From: Octopus sinensis
Taxonomy: Eukaryota
Reading direction: 5' to 3'
Assembly (NCBI RefSeq): GCF_006345805.1
Contig: NW_021832725.1
Location: forward strand, 1 to 33,290
DNA: 33,290 bases
Positions within the stretch are counted from its first letter, which is position 1; each line of letters begins with the position of its first letter. The notes under the pieces are model-generated. The model ran no database searches, was not told the DNA's origin, and was given only the letters and a program-made list of their open reading frames with translations. Both the position numbers and the translations under genes were made by a program. This document shows, piece after piece, positions 10,361 to 22,013 of this stretch.

Positions 10361-10489
10361 TTCCCTTGACCAAAAGAAATTCCAGCCATGAACATCCCAT
10401 TTTTATTTATTTATTCATTTCAAACAGCAAGGTGTGACGTGAAGGACATATGACAGCTAATTTGAATCCACTAATATCAGGGATATTGC

Positions 10490-11610
10490 CGGTTATAGTA
10501 CAATTAATAACAATAGCAATAAAAGAAATAATGTAGTGGTTAATGCTAGCAGTAATATAAACGGCAATCCTAACAATAGAAAATCCGTCTTGATATCGGA
10601 GGAAAACCCTAATAGATTAAAATTCTTGTCCAGTAATTCCAAAATTAAAAATTCCATTTACCAGTGTAAAATTTCTTCCGGTACCGATGTCTTCTTCTAT
10701 ATTGGTGTGTCAACTTGAAAATTTTCCGAGAGAATTTCCAACCATTATTCAACTTTCCGTGATAGGAAAAAACAACAAAGTACAGGACTAAGTAAATTGG
10801 TTTGGCGTCTTAAGAACAACAATATAACTTTCAAGTTGGATTGGTCCATATTGTCTGTATCCTTTCCTTTTGATAAGGGCAGAAAATATTGTGACATTTG
10901 TAATTCTGAACTCTTCTATATACTTTCGCCAAGGTTCCCTTGGTAAACACAATTATAGAAAGATCGTATAAGTGCAAGCATTGGCAAAAACACACTTTCC
11001 ACTCATATAAATGATAGATAATATAGATAACCTCTTTGGTTTTAATAATTAGTTTTACGTCTACGCCACTACCATAGACAAATTCTTTCTTTCTAACCCG
11101 TTACATAGAACAGTGCTACTATATACCGTTGGCGTATTTTTATCTCTATCTCTTTACCTCTTCCCTTCTCTCTTTCTCTCCCTCTATCATACGACCAATC
11201 AAACACACAAACACAAATTTGTCACACCACTACTAGATATATTTGACAATTGTCCCCCCCCCTCACGCTTATTAACATAAGCAAGCAGCCGCGCATCCCC
11301 ATTCATACAACAAACTTTTAGTTCCCTTCCTATTTTTAATACATTCTCCTTCCAACCAATTTTGACGTCATTACTAATAACGGATAATTTTTAAAAAAAC
11401 ACTCATTATCACTGCAGACACAATGTAGGCAGTCATCAAAAAGTTTTTGTTCGTCGTGAGACTGATAGAAGCTCCTTGTCTTTCCTGAAGAGAAGACAGC
11501 ATAATGCACACTTTATTCCTTCGGAATTAAGAATATGCAGTCTTCGAAACATGTGTCAAAAGTAAAGGAATTTTGTTAAAATCTTCGTTCGACTCCATTC
11601 TTTTCATTTA
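10490..11610 (+). mobile_element. Penelope-like element 3' part: GIY-YIG endonuclease pseudo-ORF + pLTR-like region
   Basis: KNSIYQCKISSGTDVFFYIGVST*KFSERISNHYSTF...STGLSKLVWRLK...WSIL...KYCDICNSELFYI / frameshift / LVN...KCKHWQKH, stop at 11012-11014. The IY...YIG, R..NH, C..C..E and C.H motifs are typical of PLE endonucleases. A hammerhead motif lies downstream. Confidence 0.75.
11478..11562 (+). ncRNA. Type I hammerhead ribozyme motif (PLE-associated)
   Basis: CTGAAGA (11485-11491), stem II gaagac/gtcttc (11492-97/11540-45), GAAA (11546-49), stem III c-atgt-g within palindrome acatgt, GTC cleavage triplet (11555-57), stem I cttt/aaag with a C-A mismatch next to the core. Confidence 0.65.
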
Positions 11611-11769
11611 TTCATATAAAAAAAACACAAATTTCCACACAGGAACACGGGGTCTTGCCCTTGGCATGTAGCTTCAACCGTGTTTTCTGACGTGAATTTG
11701 CTACCCAGGTATCGATTAACCGAATTATCTATACTAGGATAATTCATTCACCTACTTAAATATTCTTAA

Positions 11770-11804
<35 letters not shown>

Positions 11805-12299
11805 TACAGATAGAGAGCGAGAGAGAGAGAGAGGCAAATATTTCGAAGATATGACAATAAAATATGTTCGTGCGCGAATTTTTACATTTCAATGAAATGC
11901 AAAAAAAAGTACACGCTCTGGACATAGATCCGTGTTTCTAGCGGCAATTAGTATATAAAATTATATATGCACTCACTGTGTGCCATGGTCTGGTGATTCA
12001 GTTTAAAGTATAAGAGTTTTACTGTTGTTTATAGACGATGACGATATCGCAAATTTTTTTATCGTCAGGCACAAACATAGACCATCCGAAAATTGGAGAA
12101 CACAAAATGGATTTCTAATACCGAATGGACCTTGAATAACCACAAAGCAATCAATTTTCCCCTGAAATAATAAGATAATATCAAGCACCACAATACTCCA
12201 GTCTGTACTGGTTAAAACTCTCATTCACCCCTACGCTTTTTCTTCTTGCCTATACTATAAAGACATTACTATCGTGTACTATTTAGAGTAAAGCATCAA

Positions 12300-12455
12300 A
12301 ACGCGTTAAGGTGATGCTGGAGTACCGCCTTTAGTCGAACAAATCGACCCCAGGACTTATTCTTTGTAAACCTAGTACTTACTCTATCTGTTTCTTGTGC
12401 CGAACCGCTAAGTTATGGGGACGTAAACACACCAAGCGATGGTGGGAGGACACGC
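12300..12455 (-). mobile_element. SINE family B, 3' half
   Basis: atgctggagtaccgcctttagtcgaacaaatcgaccccaggacttattctttgtaaacctagtactt ... gccgaaccgctaagttatggggacgtaaacacacc. Confidence 0.75.
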
Positions 12456-12490
12456 ACGCACGCACGCGCACACACACACACGCGCGCGCG

Positions 12491-12557
<67 letters not shown>

Positions 12558-12986
12558 TATATATATACACATATACACACACACAAATAAATGTATATAT
12601 ATATAGTCTAGCAATGATTTGATCTTGGGCAGGTAAGGTCTCGTGCTGGTGAACCTTCTCCAGCACTTTCTATATGTCCTGGCAGGAATTATCTCCAGGC
12701 AAAATGCAAAGATTATATATATATGCTCGTATATTTGCATTTTCGAATCTTTGCATTTTGCCTGGAGATAATATATTATATATATATATATGCTCGTAGC
12801 TTAGATTTTCTTGGGGCCGGCCAGATTGGAGCAGTCTCAAGTGTAACCGGCCGAAACTGCAACGACGATCTGGAACTCGACTGATTAAAGAAAGCTCCGA
12901 ATGGCCTATCCTTGTTTTTTCCTGTTCTTTTTTGTATCGTCCAACTGTCTGGATGTTTTGTTGTCGCCTGTTACTTTGTTCTTTTA

Positions 12987-13020
12987 TGTATATATATATA
13001 TATATATATATATACATAAA

Positions 13021-13092
<72 letters not shown>
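12987..13092. repeat. Long (AT)n microsatellite
   Basis: Directly visible. Confidence 0.95.
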
Positions 13093-13095
<3 letters not shown>

Positions 13096-13484
13096 AAATG
13101 AGGATGAGAAATTTGATATTAATTTAATTAACATCAATTTCACACCAGTGGTCCAGCATATAAAAAAAACTGAAGGTTCAGTAAAATTGTATTATATACA
13201 TATGAGATGGATAACTACTATGTGGACAACCCTTATGCTAGAAGTAGATCCGCTATGGTCTTACCACTAAGCAATGATCTCAAGAAAAATTTAGCAAACA
13301 ACCAAAACGTAATCGAGAAAGACAAAAGAAAAGCAATAAAAATATGGATTATTCACATAGATATTTCACTATTACCATATTACGTAATTTTACTTACGTA
13401 AATGTCCGTAGATCTTCGGTGTGACCGTCCACATGAATATAATTTGTAGAACTATATACTAGGACGTCCACACACACACACACA

Positions 13485-13521
<37 letters not shown>

Positions 13522-15199
13522 CGAAGACGACGTTCTTCAGTTGACGAGAAACAAGTTGTCCGAAATATCAGGATAATTAAAAGTTTTAAAGTAAAGGTTT
13601 CAGCCTTTTGTTCTCATAGGTAATCTGGTCGCTGTTGTATTGTAATGTTTTTCTAAATCATTGTTTTCGGAACGTATGTATGAATGCGTGCATACAATTT
13701 AAACATAAATTACTATTTAGAGTAACACATCACACCTTGTCATGGCGAGTAGATTACTGTGGAGAGCTTTGATACACGCTAACACCGAACTCTATGAGAA
13801 AGAAGGCCAAAATACACACACACATGTATATACGAGTGTGTGAATGTGTGCGTGTATGTTGTATACATATACACAAATCCATACATACATGCACAAACAT
13901 CATACATACAAACAGACAGGCATACATATAAAATGTATGTATGCATAAATAAATATATTATACAGATAGACAGATGCACACACTCACACACACACACTCA
14001 TACGTGTGTGTAGTTTTTGCTGTGTGTTGCCACACTTTCAAAGCTCATAGCCACGGCCCAGCCTGCTTTGATATTCATATAGTCATGTGGAGCATACATA
14101 CCCACATACACAACTGCACCAAAGCAGTTCATTGTGTATGCAGTCAAATGCGTTCGCAGGAATGTCTGTATGATGCTACTACAAACCATGCCAAAGACCA
14201 CCACAAGTAGAGAAAATACAGATATTGAAACATATTAAATAGGATTTATTGGTTTTGTTGTTAGTGTTGTTTTTCTTCTTTTGAAAAGAAAATATTTGTC
14301 TGAAAATACATGCAAACAGATGTACTTACATATGTACGTACATATATATACATATTTACATACATACACATGGGCCTGTCTATATATGTATATACATAAC
14401 ATTTAAATCTACTGACATGCGAACGGATGGATATATATATACATAGATACAGACAGACAGACAGACAGATAAGCGTATTTATATGTACTTATGTACATAC
14501 ATGTAGCTATGTATATACATATGTTTGTGCATATTTGAGGGTAGGGGTGTATGGAGTGTGTGCATGTGTGTGTCTGTGTATGTGTGTGTCTGCGTGTGTG
14601 TGTGTGTGTTTACCCGTAGATAAATCGGTAAATGTATTCATTCATATAATTAGTTGCGACTGCATATTTGCATAATCTCTCACTCTCTCCTCCTCCCACT
14701 CTTTTTCCTCCCCCTCTCACTTACTCTTTCCATCTGTGTCAATATCTTTATATCGGTTTCTTTAGTTATCTTCCTTCCTCTTCAGCAATGTGTAGCAATC
14801 GCAGAGCTCAGTTCCTACAGTGTTGTACCAAAAATAATGCGCCGTGAACCTTAAACACGTTTGCATAAGTTGTTCACCGTTGAAACACAAGATGAAAACG
14901 ATGAGGAAGTTGAGAAGGAAAACGATTTAAGGGACAAGACGGAAGATAATGCCCCCCCCCGCCTTCTCCTGTTGCATCATATCAAAAAGTATTTTTATAC
15001 CACAATATGATTCTCATTCCTTCCCGAATGTATGTTCCTTATCTACACACTGCATGGGTCTAAATAGGGATGTTTTCGCCTATTAAAATGGGTGTATTGA
15101 CGGACCTGCTACAGTTTGTTACTAGCTATTATTTTCTTGAAAAATTACGTAGAAACGCATATCAAAATGCCTTAGAGGAGTTTTAGCAGATTGGGAGGA

Positions 15200-15395
15200 T
15201 AATTAAAGCAACGGAATAAAGTGCCTTGCGGTATTCATTCCGGCTTTTTACATTCTGAGTTCAAATCTCACCGAGGTGAACTTTGCTCTTCGTCGTTTCA
15301 GAGTCGATAAAATAAAATTCCAGTCAAGAAATGTGGCTGATGGTATTGAAGAAACTCATTCCTTCAAACTTGGCCTTGTGTTCAATTTAGAAACA
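15200..15395 (+). mobile_element. SINE family A, old degraded copy
   Basis: ttctgagttcaaatctcaccgaggtgaactttgctc ... gagtcgataaaataaaattccagtc ... ggccttgtgttcaatttagaaac. Confidence 0.6.
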
Positions 15396-15569
15396 ATTTT
15401 ATAATATGGAAGTCAATGTGTAAATATCGTGTTACAGAATTTCACATTACGGCAAGCTTTCAAGACTGAAACCTTTCAAGACTGCAACCTTTCAATAACG
15501 TAGTGGACTTCTGTACACACAAATACTCAAAGTGTGTGTAAAGACAGATAGTGGATTGGGTATTGAACC

Positions 15570-15712
15570 CACGGTAGCTTGGTCCCGGGAACGATTCTAG
15601 GATCGGACAGTATGTAGTGTTGTCCTTGAGCAGGGTAGTCCATTTCATGTGGCTTCAGTCAACCGACCAGCAGTTGGTAGGTCAGCCCTGTAACAGACAG
15701 GCGTCCAGTTCA
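15570..15712 (+). mobile_element. Old SINE remnant, V-SINE-like
   Basis: gtgttgtccttgagcagggta ... agccctgtaacagacaggcgtccagttcag resembles V-SINE blocks (ccttgagcaag; cctgcgatggactggcgtcccgtccag). Heavily diverged. Confidence 0.35.
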
Positions 15713-15924
15713 GAAGACGTTTTGTATTTTCCGTCGTACTAAAACACTGGTGAAATCTAAATGACTTCCGGTCCAATGGCCTTCGAAGAAGAAGGGATTG
15801 CGGTCATGCTGGGACATTGGCTTGAATGATTTTAGGTTATGGAACATAAACAAGCATAGGTTGCCAAGTAGTGAAGGGATAAACACAGAAACACACACAC
15901 ACACGCACATACATACATGTGTGG

Positions 15925-16050
15925 TGAGCTTCCACTCAGTTTCCGTCTACCAAATTCCCTCACAAGGCATTGGTGGGTCCAAGGCTGTACTACATAGCAC
16001 GCATCGGCACCGAACCCGAAACCAGGTGCTTGCAAAACGAGTTTCTTAAC
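15925..16050 (-). mobile_element. SINE family B, 5' half with deletion
   Basis: tcagtttccgtctaccaaattccctcacaaggcattggt ... gaacccgaaaccaggtgcttgc. Confidence 0.6.
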
Positions 16051-16204
16051 AACTCCTCAAGCAACAAAAGAAATATTTGGTTCATTGACTAAAACAAAAT
16101 AACATTCAGTGTTTTCCTATTTTCAGTTCTCTATTTTAAGTGGCCTATATTCCTGTGAATCGTAACCCCAGGAATGCGTGTGGCTGTGTCTGTCTGAGTG
16201 TATA

Positions 16205-16455
16205 GCTATACGGTGAAAATATGTATAATTTTCCAAAAGTTTAGCCTTTAAGTACAAATGCACATGCGTTGACGTGCAACGATATGCATGAAAATGCATA
16301 AATGAAATATGCAGATCTGCACTAGATACTTGCACATATACACTATACATGCACAACGGCCCAGTTGATGTTGAAATTTCAGTGAAGAAACCTTGAATCT
16401 AGGTTAGAAACCGGCTCCTCCTCCATTGGCAAGAAAGAAAACTAAATAACATTCA
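16205..16455 (+). mobile_element. RLE retrotransposon family 2, degraded 3' end
   Basis: acggtgaaaatatgtataattttccaaaagttt (TVKICIIFQKF) and 3' UTR gatgttgaaatttcagtgaag ... ctaggttagaaaccggctcc ... ggcaagaaa match 23150-23418. Followed by degraded CATA-rich repeats. Confidence 0.6.
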
Positions 16456-17039
16456 TGCGTACATACAGTCAAAAAATCATATATACACACATATAAAATG
16501 CATACATACATTCATACACACAAACACATACATACATTCTACCGTTCATATATACATATATATAGATACATACATAGATATACACGCACACAAGTGTACA
16601 GATGATAGAGTAATATGGGGAGTGATGTCAAACTAGTCTGGAGTGTGCTGTTAGTTAATTAGATTTTTTACAAATTAGTGAATCACGTGAGACCTGGCGG
16701 TCCTCGTTCTCATATCTGTCTTTCTCTTCCCACAGTCTTCTATCCGCCTCTCTCTTTCAGTGTCTCCTCTTCCCTCACCTTTGTGTCCTCACTTTACCAC
16801 CTCATTCCTCCTTCTCTCTATACACTCATATATATATGTGTGTGTGCGTGTGTGTGTGTGTGTGTGTGTGCGTGTGTGTGTGTGTATTTCTTGCGTGTAT
16901 GTATAGATATGTACAGACACACACACGCACACACACACACACTCAGTTATGTATGTATGCCGCTATGGAGAATGTGTGTATTTATATGAATGGATAATTA
17001 CATCAATTCGTATATAACTTGATGCCTGTGTTAATGTGA

Positions 17040-17161
17040 GAGAAATATATAATATATAATATATAAATATATATATATATGTGTGTGTGTGCGTGTGTGT
17101 ATGTATATATATATATATATACAGACACACACACAAACACACACATACATATATATTTGTA

Positions 17162-17192
<31 letters not shown>

Positions 17193-17446
17193 ATATACAC
17201 ACACATATATATATATATACAATATATACAGATATAGAGATATGCATATATATATATATATATACACATACGTATATATATATATATATATATATATACA
17301 AATATATATACACACACATATACACACACAAATATACATACTCATATATATATACACACACACACACACATACCCTTGAACACACATACTCACAGGATCT
17401 GTGTTTAAGTATGTGTGTATAAGTGTCTGTGTGTGTGCATGCGCGA

Positions 17447-17478
<32 letters not shown>

Positions 17479-17489
17479 CCAGGGAATGC

Positions 17490-17527
<38 letters not shown>

Positions 17528-17530
17528 AGG
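17040..17530. repeat. Large compound (AT)n/(AC)n/(GT)n/(AG)n microsatellite block
   Basis: Directly visible; source of the spurious ORFs at 16963-17602. Confidence 0.9.
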
Positions 17531-17715
17531 CCGGCCATCAATAGATAAGACATCCTCCCAATTAAACTGTGATGAATGTCTTTTACTCGGACATTGCAGC
17601 AATTTGGTTACAACAGGAACACCGTGTCTTCTTATGTGAAATGTTAGAGTTGACTATCACAGCAGCAACACCCACACACTACTACTACTACTACTACTAC
17701 TACTACAACTAGTAC

Positions 17716-17750
<35 letters not shown>

Positions 17751-18229
17751 ATGATATTGTTAGTTGTAGTTGTTTAGCACGGACAGATGCTCAAGACGGT
17801 CCAGCCATGACCATCCCCTTTTTTTATTTGAGCATAGTGTACCTTCGACTAAAGTTTGCAGATGTGTGTTCTTCGAAACAATAGTGTGTGATTTATCAAA
17901 CAGGAGTCAACAGCTGAAGTAGTTTTATAATTCATGACACTTTCCTTTAGTTTCCTGTTTAACAATGAAATCTGAAGGTATGGGATAATTTAATCAAATA
18001 ATATGGGAACTAATGTAATGTGATGGTGGTGTTGCTGCATCATGGCCACAACCAACTGGCTAGAACCAGTAAAAGTATATAAGAGTAACTGAGAAACAAG
18101 GACACATCCAGCAAAAGGCTTTCGAACGTTTCACGAAATGGCGGCTGACTTAATAAAGATCATTTTATCGTTTAGAGTAGAGGTTCTCAAACTCTTACCC
18201 TCAGCGCCCCCCCACCCTTATTTTTATAT

Positions 18230-18459
18230 TCTCTTTTACTCTTTTACTTGTTTCAGTCATTTGACTGCGGCCATGCTGGAGCACCGCCTTTAATCGAGCA
18301 ACTCGACCCCGGGACTTATTCTTTTGTAAGCCCAGTACTTATTCCATCGGTCTCTTTTGCCGAACCGCTAAGTGACGGGGACGTAAACACACCAGCATCG
18401 GTTGTCAAGCAATGCTAGGGGGACAAACACAGACACACAAACACACACGCTCATATATA

Positions 18460-18505
<46 letters not shown>

Positions 18506-18662
18506 TACGACGGGCTTCTTTTCAGTTTCCATCTACCAAATCCACTCACAAGGCATTGGTCGGCCCGGGACTATAGCAGAAGACACTTGCCCAAGATGCC
18601 ACGCAGTGGGACTGAACCCGGAACCATGTGGTTGGTTAGCAAGCTACTTACCACACAGCCAC
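18230..18662 (-). mobile_element. SINE family B, full length with internal (TA)n/(TG)n tract
   Basis: Minus strand: head gtggctgtgtggtaagtagcttgc ... ggttccgggttcagtccc, body to aagcccgtcg, microsatellite (~18430-18506), 3' module ... ggcggtgctccagcatggccgcagtcaaatgactgaaac, tail (aagtaaaagag)2. Confidence 0.85.
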
Positions 18663-18761
18663 TCCTTATATTTTGCTAATTTATATACACTATGAATCAT
18701 TTGCTATTTAATATAATATTAACTAATTTGTATACAATATTTCATTCTTGTATTCTATTAT

Positions 18762-19100
18762 TTGTTTCAGTCATTTGACTAGGGCCATGCTGGAGCACCG
18801 CATTTAGTCGAACAAATCGACCCCAGAACTTATTCCTTGTAAATCTAGTACTTATTCTATCGGTCTCTTTGCCGAACCGATAAGTTACGGGGTCGTGAAC
18901 ACACTAGCATCGGTTGTCATGCGATGGTGGTGGGAGGGACAAACACAGACACACAAACACACACACACACACACACACATATATACATACACGACGGGCT
19001 TCTTTCAGTTTCCGTCTACCAAATCTACCCACAAGGCTTTGGTCGGCCCGATGCTATAGAAGACACGTGTCCAAGGTGCAATGTAGTGAGACTGAACCCG
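18762..19100 (-). mobile_element. SINE family B, near full-length second copy in tandem orientation
   Basis: Same module order as 18230-18662; head truncated at actgaaccc. Confidence 0.8.
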
Positions 19101-19509
19101 TGAAAGCTGGGTGTATTGTGTTAGCGAGGGCATGTCACTTTTGGGTGTGGTTTTATAAGGAAGACATCATGTGGGTTGTAATGTAGTAGTGGTCCTGGTG
19201 CTGAGTGTTTGTTGGTATTGATGTAGGCGGTGGTAGAGTTAAAATATCAATCAGACAATGCGGAAGTGATTTATTTCCGTTGCTGACAATGGTCACCAAC
19301 AGGGAGGAACGTTGTTATGAGTGTGTGTGTGTGTGTGTGTGTGTGTGCATATATGTAGAAACACACACGCACACACACACATATTTATATACACGAAGGG
19401 CTTCTTTCAATTTCCATCTGCCAAATTCACTCTCAATGCATTGGTAGACCCAGGGTTATCGAAAACATTTGCCCGTTGCGCTCTAGCTCATTGTTATAAA
19501 TATATTTAA

Positions 19510-19682
19510 GTCAGACAGACAGACAGACAGGCAGAGAGATTGACAGACAGAAAGACAGACAGATAGGTAGACAGACAGACAGATAGGTAGACAGACAGAC
19601 AGACAGACAGACAGATAGGTAGACAGACAGACAGACAGATAGGTAGACAGACAGACAGACAGATAGGCAGACAGACAGACAG

Positions 19683-19778
<96 letters not shown>
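19510..19778 (+). repeat. (AGAC)n/(AGAT)n compound microsatellite with higher-order agataggtagac units
   Basis: Directly visible. Confidence 0.95.
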
Positions 19779-20369
19779 CTGCCTTGTTTTGCATTCGAAG
19801 TGAAATATAGTATGTCTTTTTTTCTTCCATTTACACAACGGTAGTGATAAGTTATGTTTCAAACTTTCAAAAACTCTTATATAAACACATTTTTTTTCTT
19901 TTTTCTGAAAGCCCCCAACTTTTTTCATAATTACAACTTTGATATATCATAAAACAGCCAAATGCGCCGTGAATATTATATTGTCACTAAATTTTAAAGA
20001 AACGAGAGCAGCTGATGGCCGGCCGTCCCCAGTAACTACAGCATTTGATTTCCTATTTCAAGCAGCAATGGTGTTAGGTTTGTTGTATTTCAATTGCATC
20101 ATACTCTCGCTTCAGATTCGTACAACAATTTACAATGAAACGAAATATAACAGTTGAAGCAAAAAGAGAAACAACGAAACGATTCATGCAAAAGATGAGT
20201 GAAGAAGAAAGACATTAAATAGGAGATGGTTTAAGATGAAACCAAAGACTGTGGCGAGTCGACCTCACTGAGTACGGCTATACTGTACAGCTACGGTCGT
20301 AAGAGATATGTAGAGAGAGCAGTGATCTAATTGAGTGACACTCAAACACGGAGAGAGAGAGAGAGATGA

Positions 20370-20585
20370 ATGAAATAATTCTAATTTTGGTTGAAGACCA
20401 GCTATTTTGAGGGAAGGGGCAAGTCGACTTCATCGATCCTAATACTTAACTGACATTTTATTAACTCCGAAAGGATGAAAGGCAAAGTTGACCATGACGG
20501 CATTTTAACTCAGAGTGTGAAGAGCCGGAAGAAATGCTACAAAGCTTTTCGTCCGGTACAGTAACAATTCTGCTAGTGCTCCGCC
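20370..20585 (-). mobile_element. SINE family A, degraded full-length-like copy
   Basis: gaaaggatgaaaggcaaagttgacc ... aactcagagtgt ... aattctgctagtgctccgcc (reverse of the head). Confidence 0.6.
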
Positions 20586-20789
20586 CTCAATGCGATGGAA
20601 TAATATAATGGAAGAACAGAGGCGGGATATCAAGTACAGCTTGGTGAAAGCAAATTGACTAAGTCCTAATATAAAAGGACAAAACACGTTTGTCTAATTT
20701 GCGAAATGTTTAAACTCGAAGACATCAGAGAAGATTCGAGAATTCAAGGTGATGACAGCCAAATTTTCTCCTTACTTTGCTTTCATCTT

Positions 20790-21180
20790 TTAATACTTTC
20801 ATTCATTGGACTGCGGCTAAGCTGGAGCATCACCTTGAAGGATTTAGTCAAACAAATCGACCGATCTCTCTGTTACTCATTCCATCGGTTTATTTTGCCG
20901 AACTGCTACCTTACAGGGACGTAAAGAAACTAACAACGGTTATCAAGCCGTGGGAGGACAAACACATATACACACACATAATATATATCCGTGTGTGTGT
21001 GTGTGTGTGTGTGCGTGTGTGTGTGTGCGTGTGTGTGCATATATGTAGAAACACACACACGCACGCACGCACGCACGCACACATATTTATATACACGAAG
21101 GGGTTCTTTCAATTTCCATCTACCAAATTCACTATCAATGCATTGATAGACCCAGGGTTATCGAAAACATTTGCCCACTG
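20790..21180 (-). mobile_element. SINE family B, degraded copy
   Basis: ggactgcggctaagctggagcatc ... gccgaactgc ... gggacgtaaag ... (GT)n ... ttctttcaatttccatctaccaaattcac. Confidence 0.6.
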
Positions 21181-21574
21181 TGCTCTAGCTCAATGTTATA
21201 AATATATTTGTTAAGCCACTCAGCAGGTATTATTCTGTTTGTGTATATGTATATATTTACATATATGTGTAGGTATGCACGTATATGTATGTATGTATAT
21301 ATATATATATATATTAATATAAAAGGGCTTAGTAAAATAAATTACTTTGCCACATACTGAACTCAAAGGGGTTTGTATGATTGTGTATAGAAGGATATAT
21401 ATTATTCAAAGAAATTCCAACTCTGGCTGTTTTTTATGTTTTATTTATATTCTTTATAATATTAATGTAGAATATAGAATATATAGCATAAATAATATGT
21501 ATATAATAAAATGAAATTAAGTATTGATTGTCCTATTGAATAGATGAAATATTGAATATAAAATATAAAATATC

Positions 21575-21715
21575 AAGGGACTAGTATACTTTCTTGCATT
21601 ATATCAGTTTTCAAGGTCCCAGGTTGTGACAGGAGTGTTTCCACAGTTGAAACACTCCTGTCACAACCTGGGACCTTGAAGACTGCTATAATGCAAGAAA
21701 GTATACTAGTCCCTT
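21575..21715. repeat. 141-bp near-perfect inverted repeat (67-bp arms, 7-nt loop, 2 mismatches)
   Basis: Left arm 21575-21641 is the reverse complement of right arm 21649-21715 except gaaaactgat vs gaagactgct; loop cacagtt. Confidence 0.95.
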
Positions 21716-21968
21716 CATACATTTTACTCCCTACTCTCTCTATATATAATTCAAAATATAAACAAAAACAAAAACAAATTACACGAACGTATATAAACAG
21801 GAGATACAAATATTACAGGCATTCCCCCAACACACACACACTAACTAAACATAGACACACATAGAGGTATACGCATGCGCAAATGAAGACACATACAACA
21901 GAAATAAAAATACAAATTTGCTAACCGTTAGTAAGGAGTGACACACAAATAAGAAAGGAGAAAGCAAA

Positions 21969-22013
21969 GGACCACTGATGCGGTCACAAGAGTGTGACGA
22001 AAGAACTCTGGCC
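21969..22013 (+). ncRNA. Minimal hammerhead-ribozyme-like motif with one core substitution
   Basis: ggacca-CTGATGC-g-gtcac(aagagt)gtgac-GAAA-gaac-TC-tggcc: stem II gtcac/gtgac, stem I cca/tgg, CTC triplet; conserved A9 appears as C. Confidence 0.5.

Noticed and set aside
12840-12910. Possible degenerate hammerhead (ctgattaa...ctccgaa)
   Set aside because: Core bases are altered at several positions and there are no convincing stems.
13400-13430. Mini-exon ATG...TTAC|gtaagt on the minus strand (MWTVTPKIYGHL) as SMOC exon 1
   Set aside because: It ends in phase 1 where phase 0 is needed, and it is not a signal peptide.
13535-13580. ttgacgag...gtccgaaatatc as a hammerhead
   Set aside because: C3 is substituted, stem II is poorly paired and there is no stem I pairing.
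16963-17602. ORFs of 113-196 aa rich in Y/I/C/V/H/T
   Set aside because: Dinucleotide microsatellite translations; the same applies to ORFs at 8766-9062, 12379-12740, 19483-19928, 23568-24636, 25018-25827 and 31135-31747.
20160-20260. Helitron N-terminal-like charged stretch
   Set aside because: Too short and interrupted, with no Rep or helicase motifs nearby.
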